The translations under genes and the position numbers were made by a program. DNA of 64,000 nucleotides from assembly GCA_964230645.1 (NCBI GenBank), contig CAXRHT010000002.1, positions 224,001 through 288,000 on the forward strand, given 5' to 3'. This DNA is from Bdellovibrionales bacterium (GTDB lineage Bacteria; Bdellovibrionota; Bdellovibrionia; Bdellovibrionales; JAGQZY01). Shown here one piece after another: positions 37,544 through 46,253 of this stretch. The notes below the pieces were generated by a model that had not been told where the DNA came from, ran no database searches, and saw nothing but the letters and a program-made list of their open reading frames with translations. The stretch's first letter is position 1. Each line of letters opens with the position of its first letter.

Positions 37544-38049
37544 ATTGGGACACATTCCTTAATATTTTATTTTCTGCTTTTGCCATTTACATTGTTTTAT
37601 TGATATTTGTTCGACTACTGGGGTTAAGAAGTTTCGCTGAAATGTCAGCTCCCGATCTAGCGGTGACGGTTGCTATTGGAACTGTTATATCCTCAACCCT
37701 TCTTCCTTCCTCTCCCACATTTGTTGACGGTGTCACCGTTTTGTTTATCCTTTTCATGATACAATTTTGCTTTTCTCAAATTAGATTAAAGTCTCAAAAA
37801 GCCAAAGAAACCATTGAGAACTCTCCCATGCTTGTTATGGACTCAAAAGGAATCATTGCAGAAAATCTTCGTCAAACCTATTTAACTGAAGATGACTTGA
37901 TGGCAAAATTGCGAGAAGCCAACGCCTATGATCTAACAAAAATCCATGCTGTTATTTTCGAAACAACAGGTGATATTAGTGTACTGCATGGGGAGGGTTC
38001 TGTTTCCTCGGAAGTCTTGAACAATGTACGAAGAAGTAAAGAGAGCTAG
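37540..38049 (+). CDS. DUF421 (YetF) domain membrane protein
   Basis: GLRSFAEMSAPD, DLMAKLREAN and FETTGDISV motifs. Confidence 0.88.
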   Translation: MNWDTFLNILFSAFAIYIVLLIFVRLLGLRSFAEMSAPDLAVTVAIGTVISSTLLPSSPTFVDGVTVLFILFMIQFCFSQIRLKSQKAKETIENSPMLVMDSKGIIAENLRQTYLTEDDLMAKLREANAYDLTKIHAVIFETTGDISVLHGEGSVSSEVLNNVRRSKES

Positions 38050-38077
38050 TTTCTTTAATGGTCGATAGGAGAAGGTT

Positions 38078-38380
38078 ATGTGTCGCGGTGTAATAAAGGT
38101 GGATCTGTTTTTCCCCATTAAAAAGTCTACCGATGAGACTAAAGATTGGTTTGAAGAAAAAATACTAAAAAAATTCGGAGGTTTCACTGTCGACGGCGAA
38201 TCCAAGCGGGGAGAGTGGCGTGATTCCTCCAAACATATTGACCAAATTAGGAAATACGAAATAATCATTCCTAGTGAAGACTTTAATCCCTCCTACTTCA
38301 GAGGTCTTAAAAATGAGCTTGAAGATCAACTCCATGAGAAGAAAATCCTCATAAAATACCAATCTGTCCAGCAGATCTGA
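38078..38380 (+). CDS. Small hypothetical protein, possibly PII-like (DUF3574-like) fold
   Basis: AGGAG RBS; KFGGFT....GEW pattern. Confidence 0.55.
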   Translation: MCRGVIKVDLFFPIKKSTDETKDWFEEKILKKFGGFTVDGESKRGEWRDSSKHIDQIRKYEIIIPSEDFNPSYFRGLKNELEDQLHEKKILIKYQSVQQI

Positions 38381-38386
38381 TATGCC

Positions 38387-40732
38387 TTATCCTGTGGTCA
38401 ACATCCCACATGAAATACCCGCCACTGTTTTCCGAACCAATTCTTGGTCATCATCTTTATGGCCAAGAATTTGAAGTACATTGAGTGGATGAATCATAGA
38501 GGATCGTAGTTTGATAGATTCGTCCAACCAAGGGGTGTGCCAAAGAAGACTACGCTCTCCAGAGACTTCTCGCACAAACTGCGTGGCCGCAGACAACTCT
38601 TTTGAGAAGGTGTTTATAATCTCTTCTTTTTCATTTTCGTTAAGATCACTATGGGAGAGATAGAGTTTAAAAACACTAAAATCGACTTTAGAAAGAGTAA
38701 AGCCAAGCGTTCTCACAAAAGAGGCAAAAAGAGGACTCTCCTTATAGGCCTTCACCAAACGTGCCCGTTTCTTGTCGTCTCTTTTGATCTTCTGCCAAGC
38801 CGTACCGATTCCCCACCAGGTGGGGAAAAGAAGTCTCGTTTGTGTCCAACACAGAATCCAAGGAATAGCTCTAATCGAGGAGAAATCAAGTGGCCCTTCT
38901 TTCTTTCTTTTTGTAGGTCTGGATCCAAGCTTTAGAACATCCAAGTACGAGTAGGGAGTTGCTGCCTCCACCATTTTTAGAAACAAGGGCTCTTGCAACT
39001 TTTGAGCGTATTGCTCTTCTACCTGATCAGAAAACTCATCGACAATTTTTGAAATTTTGATGGGACCTGAGCGAACCTTAGAGCGCTGTGAATTTTTGAT
39101 AATTTTATGACAATTAGAACTCACCACCTCAGGGGAGGTAAAATAGCGCTCGACCATCTCGCCTTGCACAGTGGCCTTATAAAGGTTTAAGGCTGACTTT
39201 GGCCACCAGGCGGTTTGATCAACAAGTTTTCCACCGCCTCGATCCACAGAGCCCCCGGAGCCATGAAAGAAGACCGGCGTGAATTTTTTTGAGGAGATCA
39301 ACTGATCTAGGTTTCTTAGAGTTTTTGCTATATTCACTCGGCTAGCAAGAACTCCCATGCCCTTTGACGAGTCGGAATAACCGAGCATCACCTCAAGCCG
39401 ATTGTAGAAAAGCTTTTTTATGTTTTTGGTGTATGTCTTGTTAGCTATAATTTTTTCGACCAATTGATAGGAATCAGCCAGGGCCTGATCAGTTTCAAAT
39501 AGAGGTATAATGGGTACTTCAATTTTACCGACCGTCTCCATTTGCAGTTTGTAGGCATTGTTAAAGTCCTCGTTGGTGTGAAACATACTGATCACAAAAC
39601 CTTGAGCGTAGTTCCTAATGGAATAATCACCCGCAAGTTCTTTTAGTTTTGAAAGCATTCGAGAAATAGCGAAATCCTTAGTTTTAGCATTAACAGCTTG
39701 AGCAATAACCTCACTGTCTTCTCGTAATTCGATCGGAATCACCAGACCTGGGAAAAGGGAGAATAGCTGTTCAACTTTATCAAGTCTCGGATTTTTAGCA
39801 CCCACTTTATCAACGTATTCTTTTTGTAAGTTGAGAACTTGGGCTTTAATTTCTTTTACTTTGTTAAGGTCACCAGGCTTTATTTTTCTAATTTTTTTAG
39901 TCAGACTTTTGAGGTTTTGACCTTTTTTAATAAAGTCTCCAAGGGTGTCGCCAGTGAGCTCATTAACAAACATATCAAGATAGGAGTCTAGAAATTGAGC
40001 AAACTTATTTCTTGAGGCATTCAGACAATCAAGCATGACTTTATCGTCAATACCGGGATGCCCATCTTTATCTCCGCCCACCCAGGTTCTAATTCTAAGG
40101 GGGTGATAGTCTCTATTGGTGCGAAGAATCGTATCGAGAATGTCTTTTCTTAATAAAATTGAAAATAAATGATTAGCCTCATCCAGGACCTCTGGTTTCT
40201 TGTGCTTAGTAACAGGGATGAGCCAAGCTAATTTTAAATTGTGTTTAATAATGCTTAGCAAATAATTTTCCTCCCCTGTCTGCTCGAGAATTCTGACACA
40301 AACATTTTGAATTCGCTGGAACAAAAACATATTATCGGTCGAACGCACCTCTGTCGGATGGGCTGTCAATACAAAAACAATGCTACTTTCTGAAGGCGCT
40401 AACTGCCCGTGAATTTGGCTCTGCCGGATTCGGAAGGTGCGGTACGCCGTTTCACAAACATTAATTAGCTCCAACATAAGCGTGTTGGCTGTCACTATAT
40501 CGTGCCGATGGCTGCTTTTGGCCTTTTCAAGGGTGCGATAGAGGCTTGTAAGAAGCTTTTCTTGATCTTTTTTACCGGCTTTTCTATACTCAATCATTTT
40601 CAGGCGAATACTTTCCACCTGATTGTAGAGTTTGTCTCCACCTTCTTCTTTTATAACTTCACCAAGAAGTGAGAGACACTGACTGACGAGATTCTGGAGT
40701 TGTTTTGGTAAACCCTTTTGTTTGTTCTTCAT
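38387..40732 (-). CDS. ppc: Phosphoenolpyruvate carboxylase (compact, divergent)
   Basis: VLTAHPTE, WVGGDKDG, PLFET, MLGYSDSSK, TVQGE, GSRP and RAIPW motifs; C-terminal TG. Confidence 0.9.
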   Translation of the reverse strand: MKNKQKGLPKQLQNLVSQCLSLLGEVIKEEGGDKLYNQVESIRLKMIEYRKAGKKDQEKLLTSLYRTLEKAKSSHRHDIVTANTLMLELINVCETAYRTFRIRQSQIHGQLAPSESSIVFVLTAHPTEVRSTDNMFLFQRIQNVCVRILEQTGEENYLLSIIKHNLKLAWLIPVTKHKKPEVLDEANHLFSILLRKDILDTILRTNRDYHPLRIRTWVGGDKDGHPGIDDKVMLDCLNASRNKFAQFLDSYLDMFVNELTGDTLGDFIKKGQNLKSLTKKIRKIKPGDLNKVKEIKAQVLNLQKEYVDKVGAKNPRLDKVEQLFSLFPGLVIPIELREDSEVIAQAVNAKTKDFAISRMLSKLKELAGDYSIRNYAQGFVISMFHTNEDFNNAYKLQMETVGKIEVPIIPLFETDQALADSYQLVEKIIANKTYTKNIKKLFYNRLEVMLGYSDSSKGMGVLASRVNIAKTLRNLDQLISSKKFTPVFFHGSGGSVDRGGGKLVDQTAWWPKSALNLYKATVQGEMVERYFTSPEVVSSNCHKIIKNSQRSKVRSGPIKISKIVDEFSDQVEEQYAQKLQEPLFLKMVEAATPYSYLDVLKLGSRPTKRKKEGPLDFSSIRAIPWILCWTQTRLLFPTWWGIGTAWQKIKRDDKKRARLVKAYKESPLFASFVRTLGFTLSKVDFSVFKLYLSHSDLNENEKEEIINTFSKELSAATQFVREVSGERSLLWHTPWLDESIKLRSSMIHPLNVLQILGHKDDDQELVRKTVAGISCGMLTTG

Positions 40733-40845
40733 ATTTACACCTCAAACAAATCTTACCAGGTGACCTGAAGGAATCAACTTTACCGGTTAGAAAACAAGAA
40801 ATTTACAAACTTTTATTTTGTAAGCATTAATGAGGAGATCCACCC

Positions 40846-41928
40846 ATGACGTCAACGGGACCAACACCGATCCAGCTGTTCAAAACCCCTGAGCCTAAAA
40901 ACGTTCCGGATGAATCCTCTCTCGGATTTGGTCAACACTTTACGGATCATATGTTGATGGCGAAATACGAAGTTCAAAAAGGCTGGCATGATATTCGAAT
41001 TTGTCCCTATGGACACTTTGATATTAGTCCAGCCTCGGCCGTCCTTCATTACAGTCAATGTTTGTTTGAGGGCTTAAAAGCTTACAATCTCGACAGCGGT
41101 GATATCGCTACTTTCAGGCCAGAGTTTAACTGGAAGCGTATGACAAATGGGAGTGAACGTCTTTGTATGCCCATGGTTTCAAAAGAGCTTTTCATTGATG
41201 GCATTCAGCAACTGGTACAAACCGACAAGCACTGGATTCCAAAATCGGACGATGGCTCCCTTTATATTCGTCCTACACTTATCGCCACAGAGTCCTTTCT
41301 AGGTATTAGACCATCAAAAGAGTTTATCTTTTTTATTATCATGTCTCCAGTGGGTGCTTATTACGGTAAAACCCTAAGTCCAGTGAAGATTTGGATTGAA
41401 ACTAAATATCTGAGAGCCGCTCCAGGGGGACTGGGAGACACTAAAGCAGGGGCCAATTACGCTGCCAGTATCAAAGCGGCGGAAGAGGCTAAAAAGAAAG
41501 GCTTTAACCAAGTGCTATGGCTTGATTATGAAAAAAAGAATATCGAAGAGGTGGGAACAATGAATGTTTTCTTTGTTCTGAACGATGAGATCGTAACCCC
41601 ACGCCTTAGTGGCTCTATTTTAGAAGGTAAAATCAGAAACTCGGCCATTACTTTGCTAAAAGATGAGGGCTATAAGGTTTCCGAGAGAACTCTCTCGCTA
41701 GAGGAAGTTAAAAAGGCCGCAGACTCTGGAGATCTTAAAGAGGTCTTTGGCACGGGAACAGCTGCGGTGATTAGTCCTGTGGGTGAATTTGGAAACGAAG
41801 ACCTCTCGATTTCAATTAATAATAACCAGGTTGGAGAAATCACTTCTTGGCTTCACAAAAAACTGACCAGTATCCAGTACGGACGTGTCAACGATCCTTA
41901 TGGGTGGGTGCATTCCCTTTCTAACTAA
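40846..41928 (+). CDS. ilvE: Branched-chain amino acid aminotransferase
   Basis: GFGQHFTDHM, LHYSQCLFEGLKAY, KAGANYA, EEVGTMN and FGTGTAAVISPVG motifs. Confidence 0.95.
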   Translation: MTSTGPTPIQLFKTPEPKNVPDESSLGFGQHFTDHMLMAKYEVQKGWHDIRICPYGHFDISPASAVLHYSQCLFEGLKAYNLDSGDIATFRPEFNWKRMTNGSERLCMPMVSKELFIDGIQQLVQTDKHWIPKSDDGSLYIRPTLIATESFLGIRPSKEFIFFIIMSPVGAYYGKTLSPVKIWIETKYLRAAPGGLGDTKAGANYAASIKAAEEAKKKGFNQVLWLDYEKKNIEEVGTMNVFFVLNDEIVTPRLSGSILEGKIRNSAITLLKDEGYKVSERTLSLEEVKKAADSGDLKEVFGTGTAAVISPVGEFGNEDLSISINNNQVGEITSWLHKKLTSIQYGRVNDPYGWVHSLSN

Positions 41929-41939
41929 ATAGGGGAGAG

Positions 41940-43091
41940 ATGAAAAAAAATATATTGATAATTGGAGTACGTCGCAAATGCTATCAGACCGCTCTTAATC
42001 TTGGTCACAATGTCTTTTTATGGAGTGATGAGGCTCTTTCTCAAAAAAGAAAAAAACATCTCAATGGATTCCTAGAGGTTCCCTATAAATCCTGCGCCTT
42101 TGAGCTCACCCAAGAAGTAAAAGATTTTTTAGACAACAATTCCATCAACATAGTTATCGCTTGCACCGAAAAAAGCGTTCAACTAGGGGCTCTTGCAAGA
42201 CAACACTTGGGCTTAAAAAGCCTTGGGCTTAATATTGTGGAGAGATTTCACAATAAATTCACCATGAAAAATACGGCCCATAAAGCCGGTATACCAATGA
42301 CCCCCTATCGTTTAATCGAGAAGACGACGACCCATGAGGAACTGATCGAAAAACTTAAATTACCCGTCGTGATAAAGCCGGTGGACTCCTCAGGAGCGCA
42401 AGACGTACGCATTGCTAAAGATACTGAAGAGGTCAAAGCTCTAATGAAGCCTGGGTGGCTCGCTGAAAGCTTTGTTGAAGGCTTTGAAGTGAGTGTTGAA
42501 TCTTTTGTGCAAGATGGAAAGGTTCTTTTTCACAATATGACTCATTATCTTCATCAATGGAAAAAGTCGGTGGCACCCGCTCATTTGGAAGAAGAAATAA
42601 AAAAAGAAGTCTTACGCCTTAATGATGCCGTTATCAAAGATTTTGGTCTCGACCGTGGAATGACTCACGCCGAGTTTTATATCACCCCTAAAGGCCCACT
42701 CTTTGGAGAAATTGCCGTTCGACCTCCCGGGGGTTATTATATGGAATTGATCCAAAGAGTTTATGGGTTTGATCCATGGAAAGCCTATATCAAGCTTTGC
42801 TGCAAAGAATCTGTCGACTTTCCTCAAAGCTCTCAAGGTCATGCAGCCGTCATGCTCCTTCATCCTGGTGTGGGTGAAATTGTCTCGGTCAGTGGTGAAA
42901 ACATACTAAAAGAAAAACTTTCTGAGATTGTCGACTTTAGTCTCCGCTGTGAGCCAGGAGATATTATCACCGAGCACATCAATACCAGCAATGAAGTGGG
43001 TCATATTATCTTTTGGGAAAAATCTTGGAACGATATTTTATCGGCCATTAAGGTGGTTGAAGACCATTTAGTTTTTGAAATGAAAAGCTAG
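41940..43091 (+). CDS. ATP-grasp domain protein (L-amino acid ligase/ddaF-like clade)
   Basis: HNKFTMK, PVVIKPVDSSG, ESFVEGFEVSVES, THAEFY and GEIAVRPPGG motifs. Confidence 0.82.
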   Translation: MKKNILIIGVRRKCYQTALNLGHNVFLWSDEALSQKRKKHLNGFLEVPYKSCAFELTQEVKDFLDNNSINIVIACTEKSVQLGALARQHLGLKSLGLNIVERFHNKFTMKNTAHKAGIPMTPYRLIEKTTTHEELIEKLKLPVVIKPVDSSGAQDVRIAKDTEEVKALMKPGWLAESFVEGFEVSVESFVQDGKVLFHNMTHYLHQWKKSVAPAHLEEEIKKEVLRLNDAVIKDFGLDRGMTHAEFYITPKGPLFGEIAVRPPGGYYMELIQRVYGFDPWKAYIKLCCKESVDFPQSSQGHAAVMLLHPGVGEIVSVSGENILKEKLSEIVDFSLRCEPGDIITEHINTSNEVGHIIFWEKSWNDILSAIKVVEDHLVFEMKS

Positions 43092-43256
43092 TTTTTTTTG
43101 ATCTCATTTTGAGATCCCAAATAGAGAATCTCAACCCTTAAGGAACAAGGTTCCCCTTATACTTTTCTAGTTACCTTATTTTTCTGAAAAATGGCCGATC
43201 GTTTTTCAATTTCCTTAATCTTCGGCTATAATAGGGACTCGGGTCTTTGACTCTTT

Positions 43257-44558
43257 GTGGGAAAGTTCGAAGGGGGAACTTTGCATCTGGTACGCCGTCT
43301 ATTAGTTTTTTTCAGTTTTGTCCTCATTTTAGGTTACTCCTTTCAAAATTGTTCGCAATATCAAGGAGATTCTCAGGTGGACGCTCCCTCCGAGGCCGAT
43401 CCTATTTCTGCTGAAGGCCAACATACCATCCACTTTTCCGGTGAATTTGCCATACTCTCAACACTTGGAAAAAACCTCTATTCAGAAGAGGTGACAGGCT
43501 TAAAGCTTGAGGCCCTAAGGCCTGAGCCAATGGAGGTTGAATATGTTGAGTGGTTTCAAAAAAGCACCCAAGGAGAAGAAACTAAGCTCACTGAGACTGA
43601 CGGATTAGAGTTTGAGTGGAAAGCCCCCGGACAGGGAATCTACGAAATCTATGCCGTTGTTCATAGCCTAGAAACGGCAAAAACCTCGGATCCCTTGTTA
43701 ATAACTGTGGCCAGTGGAATTCGTGATGGCCGCAAGCCCGCCTTCATAATGGTTCCAAACGATACTGTTGTTTTGCAGGAAGATAGACTCAATTTAGAAG
43801 TTCAAGCTGACGGGAACCCCTCCCCCCGTTATCAGTGGTTTAAAGACGGTGAGAGCTTAGCAAATGCCTTTTCCAGCCTTAACATTAGAAACTTTAACAG
43901 AGAAGACGAGGGTTTATACAAAGTCATCGCCTCGAACTCCGAAGGGTCCACGGAGAGTCGACTTATTCGCCTTAGAATGGCAGAGCCTTTAGTGATCTCG
44001 GCTCAACCTGACGGCAGGACCGTTCCTAGTGGTCAATCCACAAGATTTAACGTTGAGGTGAGCGGTGGCGAAGCTCCACTAAGCTATGAATGGCGAAAAA
44101 ATGGAGAAAAGATTGGGGCGAATAAAAGCTACACAATTGATAATCCCAAAGAGGCTCACGAGGGCAATTACCGAGTGCTAATTAAAGACTCTCTTGGACA
44201 AAAGGTCTTAAGTGAGGTCGCTGCACTTACGGTCAATACACCTTACCAGGTCGAAGAGTGTAACAATCTCGGAGCTTCACGCAATAAACCCAACTTTAAT
44301 GATGGCTATGTAAAATTTTGGAGCCCCAACGACAGAACAGCCAAAAAAATCTGTCAGGCCAGGGGCTATAAGATCATGAAAAGTTACAGTCAAAACATAC
44401 CGGATCAAAAGGGTTGGGCGCCATACCGCAATTTGAGAATTTATAGTTGGGAGGGAGAGTGGAAGATTCTCTGCCAACATGGCGCTAACTGTTTCACTAA
44501 AAAGACTCCATTTATCATTCAACTTAAGTGCTGCAACAAGGTTGATAAGGTGAAGTAG
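43257..44558 (+). CDS. Lipoprotein with immunoglobulin-like domains and Cys-rich C-terminal domain
   Basis: SFQNC lipobox; GNPSPRYQWFKDG...DEGLYKV and YEWRKNG...HEGNYRV I-set motifs; exact start uncertain. Confidence 0.8.
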   Translation: MGKFEGGTLHLVRRLLVFFSFVLILGYSFQNCSQYQGDSQVDAPSEADPISAEGQHTIHFSGEFAILSTLGKNLYSEEVTGLKLEALRPEPMEVEYVEWFQKSTQGEETKLTETDGLEFEWKAPGQGIYEIYAVVHSLETAKTSDPLLITVASGIRDGRKPAFIMVPNDTVVLQEDRLNLEVQADGNPSPRYQWFKDGESLANAFSSLNIRNFNREDEGLYKVIASNSEGSTESRLIRLRMAEPLVISAQPDGRTVPSGQSTRFNVEVSGGEAPLSYEWRKNGEKIGANKSYTIDNPKEAHEGNYRVLIKDSLGQKVLSEVAALTVNTPYQVEECNNLGASRNKPNFNDGYVKFWSPNDRTAKKICQARGYKIMKSYSQNIPDQKGWAPYRNLRIYSWEGEWKILCQHGANCFTKKTPFIIQLKCCNKVDKVK

Positions 44559-44683
44559 AACTATAATTATGTTGCCACCCGAGTCACAAGCCCTGCAACC
44601 ACATCGGGAGCCTCAGCTGGCTCAGATCGAAGATTTTGCGCCTGGGTGGATTGATGAGATAAAAAAACACTTATTAAAGAATC

Positions 44684-44953
44684 TCATTGGTTAATCTCAG
44701 AGATCGGACTTTTTCTCACACCTTTTTGTCTTAACTTCCAAAAGAGAAAAACTAAAAGGTTTATCAGAGGTAAAGCCAATAATGAGAGTATCATAAAGCC
44801 CATTACAGGCATCATCCAGCTATCTGCCATAGGATTTGTAGAAGGAGAATCCATTGCTATTTCGATCATTTTGAAAAAAACGAAATTCAATAGTAGCCAT
44901 AGAAAAGAGTTCGCTATAACAAGGATGATTATTTTCTTAAGAATTTTTCTCAT
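44684..44953 (-). CDS. Small two-TM membrane protein
   Basis: 89-aa ORF with two hydrophobic segments. Confidence 0.5.
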   Translation of the reverse strand: MRKILKKIIILVIANSFLWLLLNFVFFKMIEIAMDSPSTNPMADSWMMPVMGFMILSLLALPLINLLVFLFWKLRQKGVRKSPISEINQ

Positions 44954-45091
44954 TTTTCGATTCCATTTTTTTAAGTCTAAGAGTGAGTGAGAGTTTAAAA
45001 CGCTGATCTAAATTATTTAGTGGGCATTAGACTGAGCGGAATCGAATGCAGACTAGGCAGTGGATGGGATGATAAATAATAGTTAATAATA

Positions 45092-45232
45092 GTCGTCCTG
45101 GGTATAGATTAACAATTGTCGTCCTGAGCGTAGCGAAGGATCTTGCGCCGTGGGCTACGATCAACAATGTAAACTCAGTGGGGGTAGATTCTTCGCTATG
45201 CTCAGAATGACAGTGTGACGCTTAAAGTGACA
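45092..45232. repeat. REP/REPIN-like cluster E: one 96-bp unit (45117-45212) with degenerate flanking half-repeats
   Basis: TGTCGTCCTGAGCGTAGCGAAGGATCT ... AGATTCTTCGCTATGCTCAGAATGACA; spacer homologous to clusters A and B. Confidence 0.88.
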
Positions 45233-45474
45233 ATGTGAGGTTGAGAAATTCCGAATATTCACTTTGCTGATAATTTATCTTATGTTACATCGATAGTGTA
45301 TCATACTGAAATCACTAAGATAGTCAAAACTTCACTTTTCCACCCTCAACCTCATTTAGCGGGAAAAAAATACAGATATGAACACCATATGGACAGGCCC
45401 TTTTTAATTTTCTTGAGTCCAAACTCAATATATAGATCCTAGAGTCTATTTCCAAAGGGCACTTAATTTGCACA

Positions 45475-46251
45475 ATGTATAAACTTATCATGTTCAAATT
45501 CCAAAGTCGTCTTTTGTGCCTTGTGGTTCTTATAGTTTGCTCTAGTTTTTCGGCACATGCGCAGTTGCTGTGTCAGCGCGTTTTTTACTCTCGCCCCAAA
45601 CTAAGTTTGTCAGGAAGAACAACCCCTGTGGTATCAGAGCAAACCTTAGCAGACAGGGATCGAAGGCAGCGGCAAGAGAGACTTCGTAATGACTCAACCC
45701 AGGTCTCAAGAGATCCCGAGCTTTTAAAAAGCTTAATTAAGAACAGAAAATACCACTCACTCAGCCGTTTGGACAGTCATGGCAAGAAAATCAGCTGGTT
45801 TCTCTCTCTAAGTGATAATGGACGATTCTATCGAATGGTGGTTCGTTACGATAGCTCTGGCCAAGCCATAGATATGTTTGCCGATGAACCCACTAGCCAG
45901 GTAGAAAAAGCCTATTTTCATAGTATTGTTCAGACCTATAATGTTGAAGCCATAAGTGCTGAAATCAACCTGCCTCGGCGAGGTAAAAGGGAACTTGTTA
46001 TTCACCCCACAATCCTAGTCAAATTGGATGTAAAACACGATATTACCGCGGATATGCTGATCAAAGCTCTTCGACAAATTCCAAGACATATCAAATATCG
46101 CCCCAATATTGATCCAAGATTTGCTGGTAAGGATTCCTTTCTCATATTTTTAGACATGGGCTTCCGAACCCCTCTGGAAGTCGTGATGGTTCATGAGGAT
46201 GACGCTTATTATATCGTGACCGCTTTTTTCCCGGATTCCTATCGCTACTAG
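45475..46251 (+). CDS. Secreted protein with BrnT/DUF4258-like C-terminal domain(s)
   Basis: Signal peptide ending AHA; LVIHPTILVKLDVKHDIT...LEVVMV...IVTAF pattern. Confidence 0.55.
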   Translation: MYKLIMFKFQSRLLCLVVLIVCSSFSAHAQLLCQRVFYSRPKLSLSGRTTPVVSEQTLADRDRRQRQERLRNDSTQVSRDPELLKSLIKNRKYHSLSRLDSHGKKISWFLSLSDNGRFYRMVVRYDSSGQAIDMFADEPTSQVEKAYFHSIVQTYNVEAISAEINLPRRGKRELVIHPTILVKLDVKHDITADMLIKALRQIPRHIKYRPNIDPRFAGKDSFLIFLDMGFRTPLEVVMVHEDDAYYIVTAFFPDSYRY

Positions 46252-46253
46252 TA

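Noticed and set aside
44575..44660. c-di-GMP-I riboswitch suggested by GGCGCAAAA...GGTTGC on the minus strand
   Set aside because: The upstream GGYAAA and GNRA-capped P2 stem are missing, and it lies 3' of genes.
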